64,000 nucleotides of DNA from Candidatus Marinacidobacterales bacterium (GCA_965219415.1 OZ244742.1:1280001-1344000), one strand, 5' to 3'. Counted from the stretch's first letter, positions 8,944 through 19,743 are shown. Numbers and translations: made by a program. The notes: generated by a model from the letters alone, not told the origin.

Positions 8944-11637
8944 CTAAACCTCGCCCTTCCGGATCCTGGGGGTGAGAAAAATCAGGAGTTCCTGGTTCTC
9001 GTCCTGTTTCTGAGTCGTTTTGAACAGATTGCCCAGGATTGGAATCTTATATAGCAAGGGCACGAATTGTTCGGCGACACTTTGGTTGTTGACGAAGACG
9101 CCGCCGATGACGGTCGTTGATCCATCCGCAACCAGAACTTGGGTCGTTGCGGACTGAGTGATGATGCTCGGAATTCCGTTCACCGAACGACCGAAGTCGG
9201 CGGTGTCATTATTGAGCTCGATGTCGAGAATGACGGTATCCGACGAGGTGATTTGCGGCGTAACCAGTAGCTCTAGTACCGCGTCCTTGAAGGTCACGGT
9301 CACCGTGTTGTTGGCCACGACCTGCACCGGGAAGGTCAAGCCTTGTTTGATCTCGGCGGGCTTGTTGTTCTGCGTGATGATCTTGGGCGACGAGATGATC
9401 CGCACTTGACCTCTCGACTCGGCTGCTGCCAGCGCAACATCAATGCTGAAGGCTCCGGAGATGCTTCCCAACGCGAGCCCGATGGCACCGGTGGGCGCGA
9501 TGGGTATTGGTAGATTCACCGCATAACCTCGTTGAGCTTCGTCGGCGCCGACCACCGGGGATAGAACGCCGGGGTTTCGTGAAGCCGGAGCACGGAACTC
9601 TTGGTCCACTTGGGAGCCTATGGACTGCCCATCGAGCAAGACCGAGTTAGGGAAGGTCAGCTCGTTGCTGTTCCCGAACGCCGCGTCAGAATGCCCGGTG
9701 AATCCCCACTGGATTCCCAAGTTGCGGGTAAATATCCGAGTTGTCACGACGACGCGGGCCGCGATCTCGACACCGGGGATAGGCGCATCCAGGGTATCGA
9801 TGAGGCTATCGATGGTATCGAGACGCTCGGCAAGGTCGGTGATGATAAGGGTGTTGGTCCGTGCGTCGATGGCGATGTCGCCGCGAGCGGAAAGGTTCCG
9901 CTGCACCAGGCCCTGCACGTCAGCCGCCTTCGCGTACGAGAGCTCGCGGAGCATGGTGCTAAGTTCTCCCGCCAAGGCCTGTTCCTCGGCCAATCGGCGT
10001 CGGTCCGCTTCCTCCTGGGCCAGCTCGGTGAGCGGAGCGATACGGATGACGTTTCCCTCCACGACGTAGCCCAGTCGATGCGCCTTAAGGATGAGATCCA
10101 GCGACTGATCCCACGGAACCTCCGTGAGCACCAGGGTGATCCTCCCGGTAACGCCCGGCTGAACGACGATGTTGAGCCCACTAATATCTGCGAACAGACG
10201 AAAGATGTCTTGGATGTCACCGTCTTTGAAATCCAAGCTGATGAGCTCTCCGGTGTATTTCGTCTGATCTCCGCCGATGGTGGTCCTCTGCAGTACACGC
10301 TGACCGGGAGCATCCGCGTCGCCAGCAGTGGGTGGTTCTTGGAACGGCGGTTCGGGCAGTCCCGGCATGGGAGCAGCGAGCCCGCTATCGGGTGCCCCCT
10401 GAGCGGGGCTTAGGCTCTGCGCCACCACCGCCACCGGTTTCATAGAGGCGACCGGCGAGCTCGACGCGTCGAAACCGTAACTCGTAAACTCGCCCGTTGC
10501 ATCCCGGTCACCGCTCCCGACCATGGTGATCTGAACGGTGCCCTCCGACTCGGGCAGAGGGCCGAGGGCGGCGAGGCGGTCGGCGGAGTTCGAGAAGTAA
10601 ATCTTGAGGTCGTTCCCTTCGGAGACGGCTCGATGGAGAATGTCGGATTCGAGATCAAACACGATGCGAGTGATCTTCGGGTTGGCACTCTGAAACTGCG
10701 CCACCCGCACTCGATAAACTCCTACCGCATCGATGGGTATTCGCCCGGTCTCCACGCGGTTCAGCGTTCCCGCGAAGTCGAACACCAGGCGGCTCGGATC
10801 GTCCAACCGGAAGCTTGTGTAGTTCAACCAGCCATCGGCTTGAACGGACACGGCCAGGACCCCTTCGGAAATCGAGTGTGATACGGCGTCGATAAAGGCA
10901 GCCGGCCTCGTCGGTTTGGGAGGTTGAACGTAACTGGGAGCGCTCGGGGCTGCCGACGGGACTTTCGTCGACTCTGGCATCGACTCCGGCTGGTCTTGTT
11001 GAGGAAGCTCACTACTGGTCACCCGCTGTCGCTCGATCGCGACATCTGAAGCGCCTTCGTTGGCGGGCGCTTCGTTTACAGGGGGGACCTGCGCGGCGTT
11101 CTCGGAAGAGGTGGAAGGGGTGGAAGGCGACTCGGTCAGGTCAGTTAGTGGCGTCCGCTCTCCAGATTCCTCACCGGCGATATTCACAGGTCCCGACTCG
11201 GCAGGCGATTCCGCACCCTCGAAGAGAATTGTGAGGGCGTGCTCGCCCGCCGAAATCTGGTAAGGAACGAGGGAGCCCAATTTGACCTCGATTCGGGAAA
11301 GGCTCTTGCCGCTCGAGCCGTCCAAGCGAGTAGCACTAATGGACTCGACTTCCTGACTCCCGACGACGGTGTGCTCTGCTATCGCCGTGATATCGGTGCC
11401 AGGTAGATCGATGACCAGCGTCAGCGGGTCAGGGCTGTAGTGGGTGTAGAACAGCGCGCCGCTCGTCTCGAACCACACTCGAGTACGCGCCGGCTCGACG
11501 TGATAGCGGACGGCGCGAATCGCCGTCTCGCTCACCCCGAGTGGGGCGCCGCCCTGGGCCGCCACGACTGACAGACCCAACAAGACGATCACGGGAGCCA
11601 GGATCGCTGCCCGAACAATTGACCAACGTTTCATCAT
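8944..11637 (-). CDS. pilQ: Type IV pilus secretin PilQ with AMIN domains
   Basis: AMIN-like repeats (PSRLVFDF, RVRVAQF), YTGELISLDFKD, VPWDQSLD, secretin C-domain (VTPQIT, IPILGNLFK, ELLIFLTPRI). Confidence 0.95.
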   Translation of the reverse strand: MMKRWSIVRAAILAPVIVLLGLSVVAAQGGAPLGVSETAIRAVRYHVEPARTRVWFETSGALFYTHYSPDPLTLVIDLPGTDITAIAEHTVVGSQEVESISATRLDGSSGKSLSRIEVKLGSLVPYQISAGEHALTILFEGAESPAESGPVNIAGEESGERTPLTDLTESPSTPSTSSENAAQVPPVNEAPANEGASDVAIERQRVTSSELPQQDQPESMPESTKVPSAAPSAPSYVQPPKPTRPAAFIDAVSHSISEGVLAVSVQADGWLNYTSFRLDDPSRLVFDFAGTLNRVETGRIPIDAVGVYRVRVAQFQSANPKITRIVFDLESDILHRAVSEGNDLKIYFSNSADRLAALGPLPESEGTVQITMVGSGDRDATGEFTSYGFDASSSPVASMKPVAVVAQSLSPAQGAPDSGLAAPMPGLPEPPFQEPPTAGDADAPGQRVLQRTTIGGDQTKYTGELISLDFKDGDIQDIFRLFADISGLNIVVQPGVTGRITLVLTEVPWDQSLDLILKAHRLGYVVEGNVIRIAPLTELAQEEADRRRLAEEQALAGELSTMLRELSYAKAADVQGLVQRNLSARGDIAIDARTNTLIITDLAERLDTIDSLIDTLDAPIPGVEIAARVVVTTRIFTRNLGIQWGFTGHSDAAFGNSNELTFPNSVLLDGQSIGSQVDQEFRAPASRNPGVLSPVVGADEAQRGYAVNLPIPIAPTGAIGLALGSISGAFSIDVALAAAESRGQVRIISSPKIITQNNKPAEIKQGLTFPVQVVANNTVTVTFKDAVLELLVTPQITSSDTVILDIELNNDTADFGRSVNGIPSIITQSATTQVLVADGSTTVIGGVFVNNQSVAEQFVPLLYKIPILGNLFKTTQKQDENQELLIFLTPRIRKGEV

Positions 11638-12188
11638 TGCCCCTCCTCCACCGGATGGAGCCATTTTTCGAGTCTTTGGAATTTCTCTATTCGCAAGGGG
11701 TCGTTGATTTCCTGGCGGAAAACAACTTTTTGGGAATCAATCGATTCGATCATACCGTCGTGCATTCGTACCCCTTCCCGGGCAAAGTAGCTCTTGTTGT
11801 CAGTACCCTGGATCATGGCGATGTAGCCTTCCGATGTCTTGACAAGACCCCGCAAGCTCACTTCCTGAATGAGCATGCTGCTCAGCCCGGGTGGTCTGGG
11901 TGCACCATCTGAGATGTTCAATCCCAATGCGAGACTGATGAAGGGGTCCCTTCGGCCGCGAGCGTCGTAACTGAAGCCTGTTCCCTCTACGAGTTGTATC
12001 TCGTCTGGGACGATAGGCACCGCTTGACCGACACCTTCTCCTCCGTCTTGAGACTCTTGCGTCTGCTCTCCTTCACCACCCTCTTCTTGAGCGTGGACCC
12101 CCGAGACACTCGTCACGAAGACCATCACCAAGATGATGCTCGTCGCGCAAAAAACCCTAAAGGGTCTCAAGAACTTTTCAGACCGCAT
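11634..12188 (-). CDS. pilP: Type IV pilus assembly protein PilP-like
   Basis: YDARGRRDPF motif; lies between pilO and pilQ. Confidence 0.8.
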   Translation of the reverse strand: MRSEKFLRPFRVFCATSIILVMVFVTSVSGVHAQEEGGEGEQTQESQDGGEGVGQAVPIVPDEIQLVEGTGFSYDARGRRDPFISLALGLNISDGAPRPPGLSSMLIQEVSLRGLVKTSEGYIAMIQGTDNKSYFAREGVRMHDGMIESIDSQKVVFRQEINDPLRIEKFQRLEKWLHPVEEGQ

Positions 12189-12213
12189 GGCTTCCTGCTC
12201 CCTTAAGCCCGAC

Positions 12214-12819
12214 TCAGCGTCGCTTCCGACCCTTCTTCGCTTTCGACGGCGGAGGCGCTTTCCTCTCGATGAAAACGAAGGTCGTGGCGATGCATGTGGC
12301 TCGAATCGTCGACGAACTTGTCGGACTCTTCTGCGTGGTGATCTTCAGGTTGCTAACGTTCACTATTCGAGACAGCTTGCTCAGGCGGTCGAAGAAGTAG
12401 GCAAGGTTGTGATACGTCCCGTTCAAGTCCAGACTGATGGGCCATTTCGCGTAGAAATCGACGGGCTGCGTCGCTTCCGGCTTGAACCGAAGGACATTCA
12501 GGTTTGATTGGGCGGCGAGTGCCTGCACTTTCCGAAGAAGGTCATCCACCTCTTTGCTGTCGGGGAGAATCCGCGAAAGCGTTTGCAGCTGTGCTTCGCG
12601 CCTCTCAACTTCCCGCTTGAATTCAGGAAGTTTGGCGGCGGTGAGTTTGCCGCTTTCGACCTCGTCGGAAAGGGCTTGGCGTTCTTGCTCTTTCTTCACG
12701 ATGTCTTCCTGCATGCCGCTATAAACGAGATAGTGGAAGGCGCCGTAGAACGCTGCTCCCAGAACGACGAAAAGGGCTAGCTGAGCACCGAAGGACATCT
12801 TTCCCATATCGAGAGCCAT
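12214..12819 (-). CDS. pilO: Type IV pilus assembly protein PilO
   Basis: TM plus coiled coil, ILPDSKEVDDLL, GTYHNLAYFFDRLSKLSRIVNV. Confidence 0.92.
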   Translation of the reverse strand: MALDMGKMSFGAQLALFVVLGAAFYGAFHYLVYSGMQEDIVKKEQERQALSDEVESGKLTAAKLPEFKREVERREAQLQTLSRILPDSKEVDDLLRKVQALAAQSNLNVLRFKPEATQPVDFYAKWPISLDLNGTYHNLAYFFDRLSKLSRIVNVSNLKITTQKSPTSSSTIRATCIATTFVFIERKAPPPSKAKKGRKRR

Positions 12820-12884
12820 GGCTATTCTCCCCCCACCTGGAACCGCCGGCAGCTGCCAGCTGGTCGTCCGGGGCTCCGGGAGCC

Positions 12885-12934
12885 TTAGGGATGACCACTT
12901 GGGCGCGTATTAGGGATGACCACTTGGGCGCGTA
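12885..12934. repeat. Perfect 25-bp tandem duplication at the 3' end of pilN
   Basis: TTAGGGATGACCACTTGGGCGCGTA occurs at 12885-12909 and 12910-12934. Confidence 0.9.
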
Positions 12935-13499
12935 ATTGGAAAGTGGTGAACTCCGCCTTGTCCTGCTTGGCGTCGATGAGCTCGACGTTTCGAAAGTAGT
13001 CGGTGTCCTCGAGCTTACGGATGTAGTCGGCGATACTCACGTAAGAAGCCGCCATCCCGTTCACCGCAACGCCTCTGCCGGTCTGAGTCAGGTTAGTCAA
13101 CCAGATGAAGTCCGGGAGCTGAGCGGAGAGCTCGTCCAGCATGCGGACCGGCCCCTGCCGTTCGCTCATGAGGCGTTGAATGAGCTCTTCCTTCTCCTTG
13201 AGCTCCTTCAACTGCTTCTGATACTCGTTGACTTGGGTGATGATCGTTGCCAGCCGAGCTTTTTCTTGGTTGAGAGAGGCGATGTCCTCATCCAACTTAG
13301 AGAGTTCTTGCTGGGCCGACCACCACTGATAGCCGATAAACGCGAGGGACCCTCCCAAGACCACGATGGCCAGGAGAAGACCACTCTTTTCCGAAGGCTC
13401 AGAGGGAATTCCCGGTTCAGGTCCCGGCCCACCACCGCCTCCAAAAATTCCTCCCCGCGCGGCCGGCTCTTTCGATCCTAAAAGGTTGACCTTGATCAC
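12885..13499 (-). CDS. pilN: Type IV pilus assembly protein PilN
   Basis: MIKVNLL N-terminus, TM, coiled coil, LPDFIWLTNL. Confidence 0.92.
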   Translation of the reverse strand: MIKVNLLGSKEPAARGGIFGGGGGPGPEPGIPSEPSEKSGLLLAIVVLGGSLAFIGYQWWSAQQELSKLDEDIASLNQEKARLATIITQVNEYQKQLKELKEKEELIQRLMSERQGPVRMLDELSAQLPDFIWLTNLTQTGRGVAVNGMAASYVSIADYIRKLEDTDYFRNVELIDAKQDKAEFTTFQLRAQVVIPNTRPSGHP

Positions 13500-14554
13500 T
13501 ACTCACCCGGCTTTCTCAGAGCCAGCCCGACCGCGATGGCACAAGCGGGCCCCACTTCTTGGAGATACTCTGCATCGAAATCTTTCGGGCTGTAGCTGAC
13601 GCTCTGAAACGGATCGAACAGCTCGACTCGCGTGTCGAACCGCTCCCCCATTTTGTCCTGCAAGCCGACAACCCTTGCACTTCCTCCGCTCAAAACGATG
13701 AGATCGATGCGATCCTCCGACGTTGTGGCCTTGAAAAAATCAAACGTCTTCTGGATCTCCATTAACACGGTTTCTGTGACCTGGTCGATGATGGGCATCA
13801 CCGAATCCATTCCCTGCCCACCCTGCCCTGTTTTGAGATTTTCAGCCTGCTCGAAACTGACGCTTAGGTCCTTCTGGATGGCATCGGTGTACTGATTGCC
13901 CCCGACGGTGGTGATGTCGCGGGTAAAGACTGAGCTGTCGCCCTTGATAGCATTGATGTTGGCCTGACTGGCGCCGATATTCACCAGGGCCACGATGCGG
14001 CCGGGCCCGGCGCCGTAGTTCACGTCGTACGCGTTCTGGAGAGCGAAGGAATCGATATCCATCACCACCGGGTTTCGACCCGCCTGGTTGATGACGCTCA
14101 TATAGTCGTTGATTTTGTCCTTCTTCGCGGCCACGAGGAGGATGTCCATATTCCCGCCGGCGGCGCCTGGATCCAGAACTTGGTAGTCGAGGTTGACGTC
14201 TTGGATGTCGAAGGGGATATACTGCTCGGCCTCCCAGTGGATGGACTCTGCCAGCTCTTGCTCGGTCATACTCGGGAGCTGTATCTTCTTTACAATCACG
14301 GAATTACCGCTAATGGCCGTCGCCACTTCTTGGGTCTTGATCTTGTATTCGGTGAAGAGACGATGGATGGCATCGATCACGGTCGTCGAGTCCATGATTT
14401 GGCCATCCACGATGGCCTCGGGAGGGAGGTACTCGATGCCCACGTTGGCTAGCTCCCACGTGTCCCCCTTGGCAGGTTTGACCTCGACCGCCTTGATAGA
14501 GCTCGATCCGATGTCCAACCCTACGAGGTTTTTCTTCTTGCCGAACAGAGCCAC
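13499..14554 (-). CDS. pilM: Type IV pilus assembly protein PilM
   Basis: VGLDIGSSSIK, EAEQYIPFDI, LSGGSA, AVGLALR. Confidence 0.95.
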   Translation of the reverse strand: MALFGKKKNLVGLDIGSSSIKAVEVKPAKGDTWELANVGIEYLPPEAIVDGQIMDSTTVIDAIHRLFTEYKIKTQEVATAISGNSVIVKKIQLPSMTEQELAESIHWEAEQYIPFDIQDVNLDYQVLDPGAAGGNMDILLVAAKKDKINDYMSVINQAGRNPVVMDIDSFALQNAYDVNYGAGPGRIVALVNIGASQANINAIKGDSSVFTRDITTVGGNQYTDAIQKDLSVSFEQAENLKTGQGGQGMDSVMPIIDQVTETVLMEIQKTFDFFKATTSEDRIDLIVLSGGSARVVGLQDKMGERFDTRVELFDPFQSVSYSPKDFDAEYLQEVGPACAIAVGLALRKPGE

Positions 14555-14624
14555 AGGTCCGTCTCCCCGCTAACTCATCCCGATTTGATGAAGACTTACT
14601 GGAAGAAAGTTAAAGTACTGGTTG

Positions 14625-14654
14625 AGGCTACAGCATAAAGATTCTATCTGTCAA
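14625..14654 (-). promoter_or_regulatory. Putative sigma70 promoter for pilMNOPQ
   Basis: TTGACA-18 nt-TAGCCT on the minus strand, in an AT-rich stretch upstream of pilM. Confidence 0.5.
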
Positions 14655-14863
14655 GAAAAAAAATCCTTCTAAAGTGAGCTTGGGCTTTGGGTAGCATTAT
14701 GAAGCATGTTGGGCAATTCGTCAAGGGTTTCATGGGGCAGGGCCCCCGTGGGGAGACCCCCACTGGCTTTTCGGCACCCCGCCCTGGACTCCGACCGGTT
14801 CCCGGGGGGGTGAGCCGAATCACCGGAAACCCGCGGAAACCAACGGCCTGGCCTGCTTTTTCC

Positions 14864-14892
14864 TTGACACCATCGCCAAGGACAGTTAGATT
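14864..14892 (+). promoter_or_regulatory. Putative sigma70 promoter for the rplM operon
   Basis: TTGACA-17 nt-TAGATT about 90 nt upstream of rplM. Confidence 0.7.
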
Positions 14893-14981
14893 GGCGGATT
14901 GCCGTCCCGAGGCATCGAAACCCAGGATGGCTTTCGCTTTCCGCTGAAACCGGTAGGCCCGGGCGGAGCTGGAACTTGGAA

Positions 14982-15431
14982 ATGTCCACACCATTCGTCA
15001 AGAAAGCCGACATCGAGCGCCACTGGTATGTCGTGGATGCCGAGGGCCAAATCCTAGGACGGCTGGCGAGCCGCATCGCCAGAATCCTGACCGGTAAGGA
15101 CAAGCCAATCTACGCCCCGTTTCTGGACACCGGCGATCACGTCATCGTCATCAACGCCGAGCGAGTTCGACTCACCGGCTCCAAGGAGACCGGGAAACAC
15201 TATTACCGTCACTCCGGACACCCAGGGGGAATTCGGGAGCAACGGGCCGAGGAGGTCCGCGCCAAGCATCCGGAGAGGCTCGTCGAGGCAGCGGTCCGAG
15301 GAATGCTTCCCAAGAACAAATTGGGCCGCGCCCAGTATCGAAAGCTAAAGGTCTACGCCGGACCGGAACATCCGCACGAAGCACAGCAGCCTAAGCCACT
15401 CGAAGCCGGGGCGGCCTCCCGAGCCAGCTAA
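14982..15431 (+). CDS. rplM: 50S ribosomal protein L13
   Basis: [45 protein letters not shown]. Confidence 0.98.
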   Translation: MSTPFVKKADIERHWYVVDAEGQILGRLASRIARILTGKDKPIYAPFLDTGDHVIVINAERVRLTGSKETGKHYYRHSGHPGGIREQRAEEVRAKHPERLVEAAVRGMLPKNKLGRAQYRKLKVYAGPEHPHEAQQPKPLEAGAASRAS

Positions 15432-15468
15432 ACCACTAAAACAAAACCGGATATAAAGCCAAAACACT

Positions 15469-15870
15469 TTGACAACTACCAACAAGATTCAATACTACGG
15501 AACCGGGAAGAGGAAGACCTCCGTAGCCCGAGTTTTTCTGCGCCCAGGCAAAGGACAAATTCTGGTCAACGGACGTCCTATCGAGGACTACTTCCCCAGC
15601 GACACTCACAAAATGGTCGTCAAGCAGCCGCTTCAGCTCACGGAGTCGGCGGACCAGTTCGACGTCCACGCCAAGCTTCGCGGTGGAGGACTCACGGGGC
15701 AGGCCTGGGCCTTGCGGCTCGGCATGAGCCGCGCGTTGTGCGACTTCAACCAGGAACTCCGCGGGAAGCTGAAGGCGGCGGGTTTTCTCACTCGGGATGC
15801 GCGCATCAAGGAGCGCAAGAAGTATGGCCAGCCGGGTGCCCGCAAGCGGTTTCAGTATTCCAAGCGTTAG
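15469..15870 (+). CDS. rpsI: 30S ribosomal protein S9
   Basis: [41 protein letters not shown]; TTG start. Confidence 0.98.
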   Translation: MTTTNKIQYYGTGKRKTSVARVFLRPGKGQILVNGRPIEDYFPSDTHKMVVKQPLQLTESADQFDVHAKLRGGGLTGQAWALRLGMSRALCDFNQELRGKLKAAGFLTRDARIKERKKYGQPGARKRFQYSKR

Positions 15871-15881
15871 GGAGGATCTTT

Positions 15882-16718
15882 TTGGCGTCAACTTCGGTAA
15901 CGATGAAAGAGCTGCTGGAGGCGGGGGTCCACTTCGGCCATCAGACTAAGAGGTGGAACCCGAAAATGAAGGAATTCATATTCGGGGAACGAAACGGAAT
16001 TTATATCGTCGACCTTCAAAAAACGCTCAAACTCTTTAGAGAAGCCCTGAAGTTCGGGACCCAGCTCGGCGCCGACGGCAAGACCGTCCTCTTTGTTGGC
16101 ACCAAGCGCCAGGCTCAGGACGTCGTCGCCGAAGAGGCCGCCCGCGCCGAAATGTTTTTCGTCAACCAACGCTGGTTGGGTGGACTCCTCACGAATTTCG
16201 TTACCGTTCAGAAGAGCGTCGCGCGGCTGCGAGAACTGAACGCAATGGCCACCGAGGGCCGCTTCGACGAACTGTCGAAGAAAGAGGTTTCCCGTCTCGA
16301 GAAGGAACGGCGGCGACTGGAGAAGAATCTGCGTGGAATCCAACATATGGACCGGCTGCCGGACGCGGTTTTCGTGATTGACTCGAACCGCGAGGCGATT
16401 GCAGTCCACGAAGCCCGTAAGCTCGGGATTCCAGTGATCGCCATTGTCGACACCAACTGCGACCCGGAGCAGGTCGACCATGTGATCCCGGGGAACGATG
16501 ATGCGCTCCGCGCCATCAAGCTTTTCACGTCGCGGTTGGCTGATGCCATCATCGACGGCCGCCAGATGCGGGAGAGCCTACTACCGCCCCTGCCATCTAA
16601 AGAAGGTTCCGGCGAAGACGTGGAGCCTTCTGAAACCCCTGAAACCAAAGAGACGGCCCAAGGTGGGGAGCCAGGTGCGGGACCACAACAGCCCGCTCAA
16701 GTTCTTCCCCCCGCTTAG
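15882..16718 (+). CDS. rpsB: 30S ribosomal protein S2
   Basis: [47 protein letters not shown] start behind a GGAGG SD. Confidence 0.98.
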   Translation: MASTSVTMKELLEAGVHFGHQTKRWNPKMKEFIFGERNGIYIVDLQKTLKLFREALKFGTQLGADGKTVLFVGTKRQAQDVVAEEAARAEMFFVNQRWLGGLLTNFVTVQKSVARLRELNAMATEGRFDELSKKEVSRLEKERRRLEKNLRGIQHMDRLPDAVFVIDSNREAIAVHEARKLGIPVIAIVDTNCDPEQVDHVIPGNDDALRAIKLFTSRLADAIIDGRQMRESLLPPLPSKEGSGEDVEPSETPETKETAQGGEPGAGPQQPAQVLPPA

Positions 16719-16848
16719 TCAAGAACTTCCTAGCTCCTTCTCCCCTTGGGCGTCAAAATAGGGCACAGTGCTATCAACGTGGCCAGACGCCGGTCGTCGC
16801 CGCTTCGCTAATCCCCCGCCACGCGGACGCCCGCAGGTCATTATTTGG

Positions 16849-18233
16849 GGGTTTACGCGGATTCGTGTGGGTAAGTTCTGACGGAAAAACAGTGTAACTC
16901 ATTGTGTGGAAAAGGTATCGAGTACTTCATCAGGTGCTGAAAAGTGGTCCATTTTTAGGATAGGCTAACCGAGTGAAAAATTCCCAGTCGATCCGCTCGC
17001 TGTTTGCGCTGCCAGGTTTCGTGGTTGGTGCCGGATTGAAGGGTCTATTCGGTGACCGATACGCCCGCGTCATCCAGCTCAAGAGGCGAAAAAAACAGCT
17101 GTGTGCTCTTACTGTGGGCAACGGTGCCGGGGGCGCTATGACAAGCAAGTGTGCCGGGTCCGCGACCTGTCGTTGGCAGGCTGGCGGATCTATCTGGAAT
17201 ACGAGCGTTGGCGCGTCAACTGTTCTGGGTGCGGCGGTGTGCATGTAGAACACCTAGACTGGCTGGCGAACAACTCGCGCTACACCCAGCGTTTTGCGAC
17301 GCATGTAGGCAAGCTGTGCCGGGATATGCCGAACAAGGCGGTGGCCGAGATGGAACGTCTGCACCACGGTACGGTGAAGGCTCTGGATACGCTCTACATG
17401 CAAGAGCAGGTCGACCGGGCGGGGCTACCGGCGCCTCGGGCCATCGGTGTCGATGAGATCTCCATCCGCAAGGGACATAACTATCGCGTCATTGTCAGCG
17501 ACCTGGAGCGGGCGCGTCCCATCTGGGTGGGCGGTGAGGGTCGCAAAGAAACCGACATCGATTTGTTCTTCAAGGCGCTGGGCGGAAAGAAAAGCGCCCG
17601 TATCAAGCTGGCCGCCATGGATATGTGGAAGCCCTTCCGGAACTCGGTGATTCACAACGCGCCTAATGCGCGGATCATCTTCGACAAGTTTCATATCATG
17701 CGTCATCTGTCAAAGGCCCTCGATGAGGTCCGGCGCGGTGAGTACAAACGCCTCAGCGGCAAGGACCGGTCGTACATCAAGGGGCAGCGTTACACTTTGC
17801 TTTCCCGGCGGGAGAACCTGAGCCTAGACGGTCGCCGCGCACTCAAAAAGTTGCTCCAGGCCAACCGGCGCCTGAACACCGCCTATATTTTGAAGGAGGC
17901 CTTCGGGCAACTCTGGGATTACCGCACCGAACGCGGCGCTCGCGCCTTTTTCACCCGTTGGAAAGACAGCCTCAAATGGCAACGCCTGCATCCGTACCAG
18001 AAGTTCGCCGGTATGATTGAGTCCCATTGGGATGGTATCGCCTCCTACTGTCATCCGGAGAACAAAGTCAGTCTCGGCCTAGTTGAAGGGGTCAACAACA
18101 AAATCCGTGTTCTGCAACGACGCGCCTACGGCTATCGCCGACGAGGAATATCTCAAGCTGAAGATCGTGGCGGCTTTCCTTCCGCTATTACCCAGAAATG
18201 CAGTTTTCAACCCACACGAATCCGCGTAGACCC
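16849..18233 (+). mobile_element. ISL3-family insertion sequence, copy 1 (between rpsB and tsf)
   Basis: Terminal IRs GGGTTTACGCGGATTCGTGTGGGT / ACCCACACGAATCCGCGTAGACCC. 8-bp TSD TTATTTGG at 16841-16848 and 18234-18241. Confidence 0.95.
16973..18229 (+). CDS. ISL3 transposase (orfA/orfB joined at A7; extra C near 18139 shifts the last ~30 codons)
   Basis: Zn finger CSYC...CSGC, IGVDE, AMDMW, FDKFH, EGVNNKI...RRAYGYR. The C-terminus is restored by comparison with copy 2. Confidence 0.9.
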
Positions 18234-18365
18234 TTATTTGGTAAAGCTTGGGGCGCGGCCCCATGCCTCCGCAACTTTCTGTTTCAGCCTGGGCACGCTT
18301 CATGGGATGATGGGCGCCGGCGAGCGCTAGAAGCACCCGCAATTGGGAGAAAGTAGGCCTGAGAA

Positions 18366-18974
18366 TTGAGCAACGTATCCGCTTCCGAAGTAAAAAACCT
18401 GAGACAGAAGACCGGCGCAGGTCTCATGGAGTGCAAGAAGGCCTTGGTCGAGGCCGACGGTGATGTGGACCAAGCGGTCACCATCCTCCGCAAGCGAGGT
18501 CAGGCGGCCGCCGAAAAGAAGGCCGGCCGTGCAACCTCAGAGGGGCTCATCGGCTCCTACATTCACGGAGGCAAGATCGGGGTCCTCATCGAGGTCAACT
18601 GCGAGACCGACTTCGTCGCCAAAACACCGCAATTCCAAGACCTGGTCAAGGATTTGGCGATGCAAGTCGCAGCGGCTAGCCCGGCCCCGGCACGGTTCGT
18701 ACGTCGCGAAGACGTGCCCGAAGAGGTCCTGGCTAAAGAACGAGAGATCCTGAAGAGCCAGGCAGAAGCCTCGGGCAAACCGCCCGAAGTAGTCGACAAG
18801 ATCGTCGAGGGAAAACTGGGCAAGTTCTACGCGGAAGTGGTTCTTTTGGAGCAGCCGTTCATCAAGAACCCGGACACCACGGTCCAGGAGCACGTCACGT
18901 CCGCGATCGCAGTTCTCAAAGAGAACATCCAGGTGCGCCGCTTCCAACGGTTCGAGCGCGGCGAGCCCGTCTAG
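18366..18974 (+). CDS. tsf: Elongation factor Ts (short form)
   Basis: [34 protein letters not shown]. Confidence 0.97.
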   Translation: MSNVSASEVKNLRQKTGAGLMECKKALVEADGDVDQAVTILRKRGQAAAEKKAGRATSEGLIGSYIHGGKIGVLIEVNCETDFVAKTPQFQDLVKDLAMQVAAASPAPARFVRREDVPEEVLAKEREILKSQAEASGKPPEVVDKIVEGKLGKFYAEVVLLEQPFIKNPDTTVQEHVTSAIAVLKENIQVRRFQRFERGEPV

Positions 18975-19020
18975 GGTTCGACGCGGGCGCTCTTACCGAA
19001 GAGGTCAGCCGGACACGGAG

Positions 19021-19743
19021 ATGCCGACGAAGAAGCCGGTCTACGAACGCATTCTGATCAAGCTTTCCGGCGAAGCCCTGATGGGCGGGCAGGCATTCGG
19101 CATCGATCCCCAGGTGTTCGACGTCATGGCGCGGGAGATCCAAGAAGTGCAGTCGTTGGGGGTGCAGACTTCGGCGGTGATCGGTGGAGGGAACATCTTC
19201 CGTGGAATGGCGCCCGCCGCTCGAGGGATGGATCGAGTCGCGGCGGATCACATGGGGATGTTGGCAACCGTCATCAACGCCCTCGCCCTGCAAGACGCCC
19301 TCGAGAAACTGGGCACCCACACGCGTGTCTTGTCCGCCATCGAGATGCGTGAAGTCGCCGAGCCATTCATTCGCCGCCGGGCCATTAGGCATCTAGAGAA
19401 GGGCCGAGTCGTCATCTTCGCCGCCGGCACCGGCAACCCTTACTTCTCCACCGATACCGCCGCGGCGCTGCGCGCCATGGAAATCAAGGCGGAGATCATC
19501 CTTAAGGGTACTAAGGTTGCGGGGATTTACTCGGCCGACCCAGAGAAGGAGAAAGACGCGACGCGGTTCGACACCATCACCTACCTCGAGGTCATCGAGA
19601 AGGGTCTCAAAGTCATGGATACCACCGCCATATCCTTATGTATGGACAACCGTCTTCCGCTCATCGTGTTCGACGTGAGAAAGCCGGGCAATATGAAGCG
19701 AGTCGTCTGCGGCGAGAAGATCGGAACAATGGTCCGCAGCTGA
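19021..19743 (+). CDS. pyrH: UMP kinase
   Basis: [35 protein letters not shown]. Confidence 0.97.
   Translation: MPTKKPVYERILIKLSGEALMGGQAFGIDPQVFDVMAREIQEVQSLGVQTSAVIGGGNIFRGMAPAARGMDRVAADHMGMLATVINALALQDALEKLGTHTRVLSAIEMREVAEPFIRRRAIRHLEKGRVVIFAAGTGNPYFSTDTAAALRAMEIKAEIILKGTKVAGIYSADPEKEKDATRFDTITYLEVIEKGLKVMDTTAISLCMDNRLPLIVFDVRKPGNMKRVVCGEKIGTMVRS

Noticed and set aside
12885-12934. CRISPR-like repeat
   Set aside because: Only two directly abutting copies, with no spacer and no cas genes.
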